A stretch of DNA of 64,000 bases. It comes from the human T2T-CHM13v2.0 reference genome, Homo sapiens. The translations under genes and the position numbers were made by a program. This document shows positions 12,491-32,549 of the stretch, one piece after another. A model generated the notes under the pieces. That model saw nothing but the letters and a program-made list of their open reading frames with translations. It had not been told where the DNA came from and did no database searches. The stretch lies in the NCBI RefSeq assembly GCF_009914755.1, contig NC_060928.1. One strand, written 5' to 3'. The number at the start of each line of letters is the position of its first letter. Position 1 is the first letter of the stretch.

Positions 12491-14963
12491 GTCTCCCATC
12501 TCTGTCCTGCACCCCTCCAACCTCTGCACACCTACTTTTTAACATAACCTTGGAAGCTTAAAAGCAGTAAATAAGAAAACACAAAGACAAAGAGGAGATA
12601 TGATTTTGCTATATCACATGAGAAGTCCAGGGTTATAAGTTACATATACATAAGCCAGCCAGTATAACCATTCCAGGAGTTTTAGTGTATGTGTGTGCGG
12701 GATGTGGAAGGGTTAGGCAGTGTATGTGTGTGGTTCGGGGATGGTGGGTATAGCAGACCTAAGTAGATATTTCAGATCTATTTGGCAGAAACGTTGATAA
12801 TCATCATTTTTATCGAATGGTAATTTTTACATCAGGGTTGTCTACACATGAAACAAAGTTTCTATTCATAAGGATCTGTTTGTTCTGTGCTTGGGAGGTG
12901 AGCCTGTGTGATGCAGGTTACCACCACTCATTCGACAGGGATTTATGAAACACTGATTTGGCGCAAACTGCTCTGCTAGATTCTCAGGATACAAACACAT
13001 AACTAAAGCTTTTTTTGGGTTCTGGGTCCATAAAACACATTGGTAAGTGCTCTAATTAGAGTATGTAAGAAATACTGTGGAATAGTAGAAGAAAGAGTGT
13101 AATTTTATACAGTGAGATGAAGGTCAGCTTACAAAGGACTTGACACTTGGGCTTTCAGAGTATTGACTGACAAGGGGTGAAAGGGGTGGGGGATGAAAAT
13201 GCATTCTAGCAAGAAGTACAATACATAAGATGTAAAGAAGAAAGAAAGCGCTAAGCATGGTCCATTGTGAACTGAGGGTGGGAAACAAAAATCAGATGGA
13301 GATCATGGTGGACAAATAGATGCAGGTGAGGTCTTGGTATTGCATGGTAATAAGACATTGGATTATTTGGTAGGCCAATGTTGAAAACATGTAGGCACAT
13401 TCCAATGGGCTCGATGTCTCTTTAAAAAATTTGTCAACGTTTTAAAAAATGGAATTTCATAGAAAACCTGGATGTTCGGCTTTTAAAAAATTGAAGATCT
13501 GGTAATAATAAATATCATTAGCTTTGGGTGACTCCACGAGGGCTCATCTCCAGAATTCGTGTCAGCTCCAGCAAAGGAGATATCTTTGCTTACTTTACTG
13601 TCTTATCCTGAGCACCTACACCCCAGGCACATAGTAAACGCTGTGTCAGTATTTGGTGAGTGAAGGAATGAATACTTGGCCTTCATAGCAACTGAGGCTG
13701 GGACTAAATGAAAAATGCTTCACATGAGGCATGCTCTTTCTAGTTTTTAAAAATCTCTATCTACTTTCTATGATTTAAAAAAAAAATCCAGATTATCTTC
13801 ATTTACTTATATTTGCTCTTTGGCATCTGAGTTGGCCACCCTTGCACTTAAGAGGCAGAGCCGCTGGAGGCTTCATAGAGGGGAGTAACACAGACAGGTA
13901 ATCACCACATGTTCGAGGAATTCGAGGAAACAGTAACATTTCAAGTGTGGGTCAATAGAAAAGATCCTTTAACAAAAGCATCCTGAGAAGGAGCAGTCAG
14001 GGAAATAAGAGGGAAGCCACTGTGAGGGAAGGTGCAGACGTTAAGGTAACAGAGAAGAGAGAATTTCACCTGAAGCAGGAGTGGTCAATAATGCCAAGTG
14101 CCAAAGAAAGATCAAAGAGGTGAAAACTAAAAAGTATCATTGGATTTGGCCAGGATGAAGTCATTTCAATACACTGCTTCAGCAGAACACATTGTGTACA
14201 AAATTTTCTTGAGACCATTTTTCAAAATAACCATTTTAATCTTCCTAATAAAAAAAGCATCCTAAAGAGAAAAGAATATTCTCTTCAGGAAGTCTAAAAT
14301 TAACAACTCAAATAGCTACTTTACTATATATTATTTTCTTTTTATTTCTGTTTAAAAATAAACTACCTCATATGTTATATGATCTGTAACTTCTTTAAAA
14401 GTATTTTAAAAAGGGCTTTAACGACACAAAAATATCTAGATTAAAATGTTAACACTTTATTAAGAAACAAAAATATCTTAACTTTTGCCTTCTCTGATTT
14501 ATGTCGATACAAAATCCACTGTCCTGTAAATAGGAGAAGGGTGATGAGCATATTATTACTTATTTCATGAAGATTTCCAACTGAATTTGATGCCATTTGG
14601 AAAATAATCCTTATGAAAATTTCTGGATTTGCAGCGAGACAGCTGGCAACTAATTCTTACATGCTCATGCAAGTCTAGTGCATATATTTATGACAGTGCT
14701 TTGAAAAATCTATATAGTTTTGTTCTCCATAAAGTTTAAGTGAAACAAACATCTAATAAGGTACTGTGTTGTCTATAAAACAGTAGAACTTAGCATATGC
14801 TACTAATAGTTTCATAATAAATTAGGCATTTCAAGATTTTCTCAGAACTCGTGTCATACAAAAATATATAATTCCAAATTCATGCAATTATTCTACCATT
14901 AATTTTTATCGTCACACACAATAACTATTAAGACATCTATGGAATTTAAAGTTATTAATGAAA

Positions 14964-14972
<9 letters not shown>

Positions 14973-15014
<42 letters not shown>
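14973..15014. repeat. (AC)~21 perfect microsatellite
   Basis: Direct inspection. Confidence 0.95.
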
Positions 15015-15016
<2 letters not shown>

Positions 15017-16129
15017 CGTTGTCACTTCATTCCATATTTCCTTTCAACTGGTTTGGGAATGCATAGTGAGGATAGAAAAAGAATAATGCATTAAATCAGG
15101 TCGTCTGCTTTAACAACTTGATATTTTTCTTATTTTCTGACACAACACCATTTGCAGAATATGGGATTCACAGCAAAGGTTGGTTGGCTGATATATGCTA
15201 ACATAGCCCAAACATCAAGAAGAGAATGAAGAGAGAAAACAATGATGAAAAATGTATCTGTGGGCCATAGCCAAATGAAAAGAGGATGATAAAACTAAGC
15301 AATATTGACACATAAAAGTGAAATCACAAAACACAGTCATCCTTAAATTCAGAAATCTACACATGCCCAGGTGACTGCTCTGGAGACATGGTAATCCTTA
15401 TAATACACTCTCAGGTATTAATTTCCAATGTGCACAATTGGCCACGTCAGTATTTAAAGGATTTACTAAACCTATTTTATGAGCCAATCAAACATCACTT
15501 TCTCATGGCAACATGATACAGAGCATACAGGGCTAAGTGGTTTATAATGATCACTCCCTTTCTCTAACACACCCCTGGGGACCTGTGGAGGATTTACGTT
15601 CTTTTATGTTTAACAAACAAGTCTGGTGTTGTAGACAAAATTTTCGTTCTCATGTGGGAATTAGAAAACTGTGAGGCCATGAGGACGTCTTTCTTACTCC
15701 TGAGAATTTTAAGGAGTATACCAAAGAAATGAATTCATTAGTAAACATAATTGTCAGACACTCAGCTTCTTTCAGCAAAAATAAACCAAGCCTGCAAAAC
15801 AGGCTGTTTCTAGTTCATGCTAACTAAAACCCTGTCAATTAAATCTACCCTATGAATTATCAAACCTGTCAGTAGTGTGAAAGAAACCCTGCCAACAAAT
15901 GAATGTGGATTTTAAAAAGGCCTAGCCCTGCAAATGTCAACTGGAGTCTAAGCTTGTTGAGAAAGGTAATAAAATTAAGAAGATGACAAACATTCTACAG
16001 TGTGTATTGGCTTATGCTTTAGTTTAGCAGAATGCAACTGGTACACAAAAATAGAAGTATTAGATTACCACTTCAACAGCAAATTGTTTATCTATGCTTT
16101 AAATTATAATAAAAATAATTCAAAAAATA

Positions 16130-16385
16130 ATAATAATTACATTTACTAAGTGATTCCTATGTGACAGACACTGTTTTTTCTTAGGTACTTTTTATATAGT
16201 AACTCATTTAATCCTCACAACAATCATAAAAATTAACACTTTTCCTCCATCCAGTCTATTAGTTACAAAATATAGAAAAGATAAGTAACTTGAACAAGGT
16301 CACACCAGCAACTAACTGCAAAGCGAAGGCTTCATTCTCACGAGTCAAACCTTAGAGCCCATGCTCTTAAGTGCTAAGCCACATT
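16130..16385 (-). mobile_element. MIR element
   Basis: aactcatttaatcctcacaacaa...aagtaacttgaacaaggtcacac...catgctcttaa are typical MIR motifs. Confidence 0.7.
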
Positions 16386-16799
16386 GCTTATTATATTTAA
16401 AATATGCCTATATAATTATATCTGCTTTATTTTAAGGCCTAACTGCAGAGAATTTCTGTATCTCTATTCAGATTGGCCAAAAGGTCTTTTTCAGCGACTG
16501 GAGAAATATTAGGGCCATACAGATAAAACTGAATAGTCAATGTGGTAATTTAGGCCTATAAATTTTATAGAGATTTATTTTAATTAATTTGGTAATATTT
16601 ATTAACAGCCACTCTAAATTCTTTATGAAGAGTTTTAACCCTACTTGGAAATGTGTAAGTAAAACCAATAGGCATGCTTCACAGGACTCACAACACATGA
16701 ATGGGTAATTCTCATGAAACCATGAAGAGTTCTACTTGTGAGAAATGCTTACAAATGTTATGTGGTGAGAAACTACTCATTTAAAATCATGTTATTACT

Positions 16800-17850
<1,051 letters not shown>

Positions 17851-17854
17851 ATTA

Positions 17855-20286
<2,432 letters not shown>

Positions 20287-20813
20287 TAATACTTTATGAC
20301 TGAGTATGGCTTTAGTTCATGAATATGAAGATGAACTAAGAATGACCCTTCAGAATAGTAAGAGGAGAAAAAAAATATATGATCATACTCATAAACACTG
20401 AAACAATATAATAAAATCAACAACTTAGATAAAAACTGGGTAAACTGTGAATAGCATAAAATTTCAAATCAAGGTAAAACATTATTCAACAGAAACTAGA
20501 GGCAGTATATTGGATCAAATTAAAGGTAATTCTCATTAAAGTTAGAACAAGGATAGGGCTGGCCATTCTCACCATTAGTTTCCAATATTTTGGAAAAAGG
20601 CTCTAGCTGTTTTAGTAACAGAATAAGATAAAAAGTTGTAATAGATACAGAAGAAACAAACGATCCTTAGTTAATAATAGATTCCCATGAGAACAGATTG
20701 TGGTCGGGTAAGCACAGAGGCTAGAAGAGCCTGGCAATAATTCAGGAGTGGGACAAGATGGCTTGGAGTATATATAGTATGAAAGTTGAGACATCCCAAG
20801 GAATGTTGCCTGT

Positions 20814-20817
20814 TGTA

Positions 20818-20849
<32 letters not shown>

Positions 20850-20882
20850 TGTGTGTGTGAATGTGTGTGAGAGAGTGTGAGT
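20814..20882. repeat. (TG)n microsatellite
   Basis: Direct inspection. Confidence 0.9.
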
Positions 20883-20887
20883 ATACA

Positions 20888-21181
20888 ATTTTTTTTGAAA
20901 CCGTCTCACTCTGTCATACAGGCTGGAGTACAGTGGTGCAATTACAGCCCACTGCAGCTTTGATCTCCTGGGCTTAAGCAATTCTTCCTACCTCAGCCTC
21001 CCAAGCAGCTGGGACTACAGGTGCGAGGCATCACATCTGAATTTTTTTTTCTTTTTTTTTAACTTTTTGTAGAGATAAGGGTCTCACTATATTGCCCAGG
21101 CTGGTTTCAAACTCCTGGGCTCAAGTGATACTCCCACCTCGGCCGCCCAACATGCTGGGGTTACAGATGTGAACCACCACT
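20888..21181 (-). mobile_element. AluJ
   Basis: Diverged Alu dimer with J-type ctcctgggctcaagtgat. Confidence 0.88.
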
Positions 21182-21191
21182 CTCTACGTAT

Positions 21192-21496
<305 letters not shown>

Positions 21497-21745
21497 GCCA
21501 ATGTGGATATACTTTTAAGGTAGATTTGACAGAACTTAGTGTGGGGTATGAGAGAATGACAGGGGTCAAAAATGATTCCAAAACTGCTGGCTTTTATAAT
21601 CTATCTGGAACTAATAAGGGAATTCAGTAAAGGGACTGAATTTAGGACCAATATACAAATATCAAAAATTTTTCTTTAAGACAGAGAAAAACAAAACCTG
21701 AATATCAGGGATAAAAATGTCTTTCATAGTGAAATTTAAAAAGTG

Positions 21746-22177
<432 letters not shown>

Positions 22178-22401
22178 TCATATACAATAATAAACATAAA
22201 AATCAACATGTAATGCATATTATGAACCAGAAACTTCATAAATATCAACTCATCCAGTCTTCAAACACAGCCCCATCTGGTTACTGTTATTATACCCACA
22301 TTAGACATATGCAGAGATTATGTAACAAGGGAAAACTCATATAGGTAAGGGTAATAGACCTGGAGCAGAAACCTTACTCTAAGCTTCAGAGCTCATATTC
22401 T

Positions 22402-22682
22402 CTTTTATTTATTTATTTATTTTTTTGAGATGGAGTTTTGCTCCTGTTACCCAGGCTGGAGTGCCATGGTGCGATCTCGGCTCACTGCAACCTTGCAACC
22501 TTCGCCTCCCAGGTTCAAGCGATTCTCCTGCCTCAGCCTCCCGAGTAGCTGGGATTACAGGCATAGAGATGGGGTTTCTCCGTGTTGGTCAGGCTGGTCT
22601 CAAACTCCTGACCTCAGGTGATCTGCCCACCTCAGCCTCCCAAAGTGCTGAGGTTACAGGCTTGAGCCACAGCACCCAGCCC
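22402..22682 (-). mobile_element. AluS with central deletion
   Basis: Alu lacking the middle A-rich region; TSD agagctcatattct. Confidence 0.9.
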
Positions 22683-22768
22683 AGAGCTCATATTCTTAAC
22701 CATTACATGATACTTCTCTAGCTAAACAGGACAGAACAAAGAATCATCCAGTTTAAAATGTCACTACT

Positions 22769-22913
22769 GGCCAGGGACAGGGTGGCTCATGCCTGTAATC
22801 CTAGCACTTTGGGAGACGGAGCTGAGCACATCACCTGTGGTCAGGAGTTCAAGACCCATCTGGACAACATAGCAAGACCCTGTCTCTGAGTTTAAAAATA
22901 AAAATAAAATAAA
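22769..22913 (+). mobile_element. Alu left monomer (FLAM-like)
   Basis: Monomer followed by an (aaaat)n tail. Confidence 0.8.
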
Positions 22914-23269
22914 ATGTGACTATTCATTATCACTTGTGAAAATTCTAATTTAAACTATCCAGACCCTTATCTGTAAAATGGGGAAAATATTTATTAACTC
23001 ACAAGACTGTTGTGAAGATTAAACAGAGGGAGAATGTATATAAAGTGTTTAGCATAGTGCCTAGCAATAAGTTACTCAGTAAGTGATAGTTTTGTTTTGT
23101 TCTCTTCTTATTATTGCTATTATTGCAACAATACATGCAACCTATGGAAGACTTCACCTCTGTGGCAAAGCAGATCACAAAGCTCCTCATGCAAAGATCA
23201 CTACTTTAAAAAAAATAATTTTAATTGAAAAATACAATAGTGTGAGTTTATGGGGTACAATGTCATGTT

Positions 23270-23830
23270 GTGAGCATTGCTGGTGGGAATGTAAACTAGT
23301 ACAGCCATTGTGCAAAATACTGTGAAGGTTCCTCAAAAAGAGAAAAATAGAAATACCATATGACCCAGCAATACCACTACTCAGTATATATCCACTGCAA
23401 TCAATATGTCGAAGAGATATCTGCACTTCCTTGTTCATTTCAGCAGTATTCACAGTAACTATGATATTAAAGCAACCTAAGTGTCCATCAACGAATAAAT
23501 GGATAAGGAAAGTGTAGTATATATAAACATTGGAATACTATACAGCCTTCAGAAAGAAGAAAATGTTTCATTCATGACAACATGAACGGAACAGGACATT
23601 ATGCAAGGTGCAATAAGCCAGCCACAGAAAGACAAGTACTAAATGATCTCATTTATATGTGAAATCTAAAAAAGTTGCTCTCATAGAAACAGAAATTAGA
23701 AAGGTGGTTACCAGAGCCTAGAGGGAGTTGGAATGGATGAGGAAAGAGAAGATGTTGATCAAAGGGTACAAAGTTTTCGTTAGACTGTAGGAATAAGTTT
23801 TAGTAACCTATTGCACTACACTGTGAGCAA
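23270..23830 (+). mobile_element. L1MA/MB 3' fragment
   Basis: tggtgggaatgtaaactagtacagcc...ccatatgacccagcaat...aaagacaagtac...ggttaccagag match the L1 ORF2 end and 3'UTR. Confidence 0.85.
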
Positions 23831-23931
23831 AGATCACTAATTTCAACTAAAGAGGCTCCAAAACTAGGCTTTTTGCCCTTCTTATCTGTGGGAGTAACTG
23901 TCCTGAATTTAACCCGTCTAGAACAATGTAA

Positions 23932-23933
<2 letters not shown>

Positions 23934-24012
<79 letters not shown>

Positions 24013-24084
24013 TATATACACACACATACATACATACACACACATATATATACACACATATATACACACACACATATATATACA
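23934..24084. repeat. Compound (TA)n(CA)n/(CATA)n microsatellite
   Basis: About 23 TA units followed by mixed CA/TA. Confidence 0.95.
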
Positions 24085-24918
24085 CGTTTACCATAATTAA
24101 CACTCCCTTCACTGTAGTAGAAGACAGATTCATCAACAACTAGCAAAAATATTGAGTACTTAATTTTTGTTTCTGCATTTTGTAACCCATAGGATTAAAT
24201 GCATTCATGTATAAAAAGTGCTCACCTACTTGGCTCAGCATTTCTTTCCTATGACTGATCAGTTCCTGACATAAGTGATTACCTATCTTCAGTCAGCTAC
24301 TACCTATGTGTAGATAAGCACTTTTACGGAAACATCACCTCATACCATTGTACTATTACTGAAATAATGCCAAGATTTAGGCATCTAATACATCTAATGT
24401 TAACTGAGAGATGGCTTCCATGACAAAGGACACTATTCATAGTCCTCTCTCTTCTAGGGACCACCTTCTGTACTCTCCATGAGAGACTTTCTTGTAATTA
24501 GTTTTATAAAAACCTCATTAATATTTAGGCCTGCTGGGTGTGATGCCCTGTGGTATGTGGCTGTCTGTAGAGCATATATAGAGTGAGTCACTATTAAATC
24601 AGTCATAATTAAGTAACAGTTCATAGACATAATGCCTTAATACATGTGCCAACAACTAAATCACCGCATTATTGAAAGAAATTTGAGAAACTAAATTTAA
24701 GAAATAAAATTAACATATCTAGATTTAAGTAAAATTTTTACCTCATGGATTATCATTTTGCCATTTCCCCTTCTACTTTGAACACAGTCGAGGTAGGCAG
24801 ATGCAGGAAAAGGGTAGGCCCTCCTCAAATGCATTCCAACTACTGAGTTTAGGGTATCTAGGAATATAGAGATGGGAATGTCCACATCAAGGCATACTTA
24901 AAGGGCATAAAAATTTAA

Positions 24919-25298
<380 letters not shown>

Positions 25299-25517
25299 AA
25301 AGAAGGGCTATAAATATATTCTCTCACCTACCCAATGGCAAGAGTGTTCCAGGTATAAGAAACTTGTAGTTTACTCTCTGTCGGAAGGGACCCTATAGGC
25401 TGCTCCTTCTTTGATACACTGTTTTCCTCTCAACTAAATTATGTTCTTTGTATAGCTGAACAGTGTTGCCTAAACATATCTATAAAAAGTCAGGAACATG
25501 TTAGTATGATTATGCAA

Positions 25518-25815
25518 TTTTCTTTTTTTTTTTTTTCTTGAAGACAGTCTCACTCTGTCATCTAGATTAGAGTGCAGTAGCACAATCATAGTTCATTGCA
25601 ACCTTTAACTCCTAGCCCCAAGGGATCCTCCTGCCTCAGCCTCCCAAGTAGCTGGGACTACAGGTACACACTACCAGGCCAGGTTAATTTTTCAAATTTT
25701 TTTAGAGAAGGGGTCTTTATTGCCTAGGCTGCTGCTCAAACCCTGGGCTCAAGCAATCCTCCCACATTGGCCTCCCAAAGGGCTGGGATTACAGTCATGA
25801 GCCACCATATCCAGC
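25518..25815 (-). mobile_element. AluJ
   Basis: Diverged dimer. Confidence 0.88.
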
Positions 25816-25823
25816 TTTGAGTT

Positions 25824-26143
<320 letters not shown>

Positions 26144-26781
26144 ATTGTAATTTTTGGTGACTGTAAAGGAAATTATTTTCTGTTTAAGGTGAAGATGAGT
26201 CAAATTTTTATCATTTTACAATTAATCAAGGCATCTTTAAAGGATTTACTATAGGTTAGATTCTTTCAACTTTTATCTGCTCTGTATTATTGCTACATTT
26301 GCAAAAGGTGATGGACTTTAGATATGGATTTATAAAAAGCTGAGAGAAACATTTAAGTAGCATGATAATAAAATTTGAAAAGGATTAAAGGCCTATCAAA
26401 GCAATACCATGACTTCAACCCTGATTTTAAAAGAAAATATTTAAACAGCTGACCAGCAGCATAAGCCATTTTAATTCTTCATTTATATATACAAATTTAG
26501 GTCTTGGTGATGTCCATGAAAATGAAAAATGAGTTTGTTTTAGAACAAACCAAAGTGAAATAAAAATATTGTTCCTTTTAGGATATTAGAGAATTTCAGG
26601 TACAGTTCCCAAATATGAGCATTTTTGAAGTATTTTAAGCATTTATGTTTAATGAATATCTATTCTATAATGAAATGGTTTCCTATAAATGCATCTGGAA
26701 AAATACTCTCTGAAGCTTAAGAAAAATTCTGTTCATCCAAGATAATTCATTATTCAAAATTTGCCTTTAGTAAGAACAGAT

Positions 26782-27189
<408 letters not shown>

Positions 27190-30100
27190 TTAGACTTCAG
27201 GTTCCTCTTCAGCAAAACAAAAAACTAAATCCAATGGTCCTGTGGACCATTTTTTTAAATCTTAGTTTTTTTTTTCTTGTTTAAGAACAAAATCACATTT
27301 AGTTAGATGTGTGCTGTTATGTCAAAAAATATGCAGCTTAGACTACATGCTTACGCAATACCCACATACGTACATACATACACACACATACCCATTACTA
27401 CATTTGCCAGAAAATTTTATTATTTTCCAAGGTCAATACAGCACTGTTATCACCAAAGACAATAATTTTCTACAAGTAATATCCAATCCATGGCAACCAA
27501 CTATAAACACCAGTATATGATGAGGTCCTCAAAGATTTGCTATTAGGAAATAAGAAAACACACATGTACACATGGGAGTGTTAAGAGGCAAAGCAAATGC
27601 GTGAAACAGTGGAGTCCTGGACTTTGCAAGGCCTCTCCTCCGAACATGCAGGCCAAAGATCAGGAGAAGCTCTCGTCCCATTGAGGCAAATGAAGCTACT
27701 TCCGCCGGAAATGTTATATAATATAATACCTCTTTCTCACTCTGTCACTTTCACAAAACTCTTCCAAAGTGCTGACGGGTGAGGGAGCACTCTGGCTCTG
27801 GAGATCTCTGACTACTGCAGACCACAAGTGCCTTCTAACAGCACAAAATCCTTTTTCTTATACATTTTGCAGCGCAAATCACACTTTAAAAGGTCACCGT
27901 TTAGAACACAAAAGCACACTTTGGGATACACCTGACACATGCCCCATCTCACTCTTCTGATACAGATTATGTCCTTTACTTCTTAACAGATACAGAGCCA
28001 ATCAGAACAGTTTCAAGAAGTAATGACAGATGAGATCCGGCATCAAGACCGTGCTTAATAAGTGGCAGAGGTTTTAATTATCTAATGAAAACTCCATTAG
28101 TGTTCCAGATTTCTAGGAAAGAAATTTACCTCTGTTTTCTAATTTAAGGTACAAGAATGACTCAAAGAGCTATCAGAAATTTTGACTGGTTTTTTGCTTT
28201 TTCTCCCTTTTCTTCAGTGACCATTATAAAAATAATGTGTGTATACATATGTATATATGTAATTATGTATATGTGTGTGTATATATATGCATGTATATAT
28301 AATTGTATTCTGGAAATATAATTAGCATGTGTGTGCTCTTATGGTATATTTAACGTACAGATAGAACAGGTAAAATTCTACTTACATCACTTTCATTTAT
28401 ATATTACTTCCTAAGTAAGCTTGTATATACTTTAAGAATATTCATGACCAATCAATAAAATCAATCACTTGGAATACTGTAAACAACATAAAAATATCCA
28501 AAAAAATGCAGACTCCAGAGGCAGAATTAGCTAAAGTGGGTATACACATTTTTTAAAATTAAAGTTTACTTAGCAATTTTAAGAAAATCAATCTTCACTA
28601 GAGAATGGGATTCTGTGGAAACTAAACTATTTAATGGAAATTTAGTGAAGTACAGACATTAATATTTTCTGAAACTTCAGATATTGAACAAAAGAAAAAT
28701 AATTTAACTTCTATTATGAGAAATTTAGAATTTGAGAAATTAGAAATAGAAGTAATCTTATTCCTATCACATGTTAAAAGTAGGAAAACAACTTTCTAAC
28801 TCTTATGATCTACTAAGATCATCACTCTTATTTCCAATGCCAAGGGGTTTATGGAATATACAGGATTATATTTTTCACAGAAATGGATTGTTGAACGAGG
28901 AATTAAGAAGAAAGACAGACTGCCATTTCTCAAGAAGCAAAACAAAACAAATATCTTCACATAAAGGGAAGCAGCATTTCAGATTGTTAGGTGATTTCAT
29001 CATTGTAATAAGTCCTGCTAAGGCTATTACTTCATATTTTGTAGCATGAAAAGGGAAATAAGAAATTCTAGGCCGAGTGCCCACTTGGCTAAATCTACCA
29101 TCCTGGGCAATATCCCTAGGCAGAGATTTTTTGGCCCTAGGTTTATTTTACTTTCTTTTTCTCACTTTAAAATTTTCCTCTTGCTCTCTATTTATTTATT
29201 GCTTTATCCTGTTAAAATTACCCCTTCAAAGTGCTTTAATATCTAGGATTCCTACCATATCCTTTGATAGTCTCTTGTGTCACCAGAAAATTTGGCAGTT
29301 TTTGACAGTTTCAATTATATCACTCACTTCATTTCCTCTTTTGTTACAGATGTTATTTCTTAGATTTTTCTCTCCTTGACAGAAGAGGTAGGATAGCTTT
29401 TAAATAAAAGCTATTATTATCTCGTGAGTTATATTCATATATTCAGAATTTTTATCTACCCATTTATTTCACTGAGCCTCAATATCCCTCTCTGCAAACA
29501 CCAAGGATCAATCGTGCATCACTTCTCAATTTTATTAATCTTATAGACAACAAAAATAAAAATTAAGTACAAGAGTCTCAAACCACTTGGTAGTGTGAGA
29601 ACCTTCCCACTAGTACTACTTCACTAATTTAATAGAACCAAATAGAAACAGGGCCCATTACTTCAAAAATGTATCTGAAAAGCTGTGTTAATTGTTACAC
29701 ATATAAGCAAAACTGAGGTCCAACAATTGGCCATTTGTAGCAATTTACTTACTCTGATTTCAATTACTAAGTTGAAAAATTATAAGTATTTTTATATAAA
29801 GTAGAATTAAAATATGAAAAGTACATATTTAAGTGTCTTAAAATATACAGCAAATACAATTCTAAAAATAAGCTCTTTGAAGACAGGAATTGCATTAAAA
29901 AAAAAAAAAACTTCATGTCCTCAGACCTTGTCAACTGTGTGACACTATGGCACTAGCATTATACCATTCCATTTGGTTGATATGAGAACTTACGCACCTC
30001 AAACTACAAAGGAAAATAAAAGATAAAGCACTGTGCATCCTTTCCCTGCCCCCACCATGACCTTCAGTTCAGAGATCTGATGAAACACAACTTTCCATTC

Positions 30101-30972
30101 TCCATGTGGACCTACAGGCAACTGAGTAATTGTGGGCTACTTAGGGCTTTAGTCATTTTGGTCATTTAGTCACTTGTGGACCTCAACCTGGGCGAGACAG
30201 TATATTTCACCAGATGGCAAATATGATCACATTTTTTGGTACAGCAACTCCAGCAATAATAGTCCTGTCATAGGTCAAGAACGTACTTTATATCACCAAG
30301 TTATGACTAATGGGTTCCAAGCACATACGGTGGTACATTTCATTGGATATTCTTAAAAACTATCTAATGGTGGCTTTCAAAATATCGAGCATGCAATTCT
30401 TTAAAACAAAAGATTCCATGCTCAATATTGAAAAATGTGATCAATTAAGTTATTTACTACCAATACTATAACTTTCTCCACTTCACTTGGCCCACTTCCA
30501 CTTCTCCTTCAGATTTCAGCTAAATATTACTCCTCAGAGATGCCTTCTGTGAGTCCTATAGGCAGAGATTGCAATGTCTTTGCAGCATGGTCCCTACCAC
30601 ACCCATGACTATTTAGAATTATATTTTTTGTATGCCTATCCCTTTACTATTCAATGCTTTCCAGAGGCCAGGGGCCCATCTAATAATCTTTGTATCCCCA
30701 ATATTTAGCATGGTATTTCCTCCATACATAGAGAGGACTATATGACTGTTGAGTGATGGATGGATAGACAGAGGAGTGAATTCGCACATACATAATAGAG
30801 TAACATACATGTTCATACACAAATATGCACAGAGTAGGCAATCGACTAGTCAAAATTACACTTGTGCTGTTGAAATATCCCCATATAACCAATATTTGTA
30901 CTCTTGAACATTTTTTTCTCTAATTGTGGTTATTCACATTAAATATAAGTATACCTAATTTTCTAAAAATTT

Positions 30973-31418
<446 letters not shown>

Positions 31419-31858
31419 TGTAACTGGCTTTTTAAAAACAAGGACACTAGACTGTATTTCGAGTAATAAATTAGATACAATTTTTCAAACCTTATTATAA
31501 TATCAATCATCCTTCATCTTCTCACATGCTCACTATTCCCACAGTGAGCACTTTGATTTGCTATATACATTTGGCACACTAGTTTATACAGTTTATGCAA
31601 CTTGCTGGGTTTTAATTCCATGGTCTATTTATTACACACACCCCATCCTATAAACTGTTACTTCAAATAGTTTTCTCTTTTAAAATTTTTTTTCTAGTTT
31701 CTCTCTTAATATGGAAATGCCATTATTACTGGTCCTCATTAACTTAATATTAGAAATTATTCCAGTTGTCTCCCATAAGGCATCTATAGCCAATACTCTT
31801 TCTTCTCCTCCCTCCATGCACTATTTCTCCACACCACTTCAAGGCTTATCTTCCTTAA

Positions 31859-32201
<343 letters not shown>

Positions 32202-32305
32202 CATGCCATTTTCTTAAAACACAAGTGGTATATAAGCCACATATACCACATTCGAAACCATCAATGGCCGTTATTTTCTTTAACTAACCAGGATTTCTAG
32301 CAGTA

Positions 32306-32549
32306 TATGGTTGACCCCTGAACAACGGGCGTTTGAACTGCGTGGGTCCAGTATTATGTGGAATTTTTTCAACCAAACTTGCAAAGTACAGTATTTCAGG
32401 AATGCAAAACCCATGTATATACAGGGCCGACTTTTCCAATATGTCGGTCTGCAGGGCCTGCTGCTGGACTATAGTATATGCGGATTTGGGTGTATGTGGG
32501 CAGTCCTGCAACCAATCCTCTGACTGGCTGGCCCCTGGGGGACTACTTA
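32306..32549. mobile_element. MER8-like TcMar-Tigger MITE
   Basis: gttgacccctgaacaac...tttgaactgcgtgggtcca...gggccgactttt...aaccaatcc; about 240 bp with TA flanks. Confidence 0.75.

Noticed and set aside
23800-24146. Cys/Val/Tyr/Ile-rich ORFs (also 2067-2258)
   Set aside because: Dinucleotide microsatellite translations.
27590-28090. Slightly GC-richer unique segment with a CCAAT box as an internal promoter
   Set aside because: No CpG island or convincing core-promoter arrangement; cannot be supported from sequence alone.
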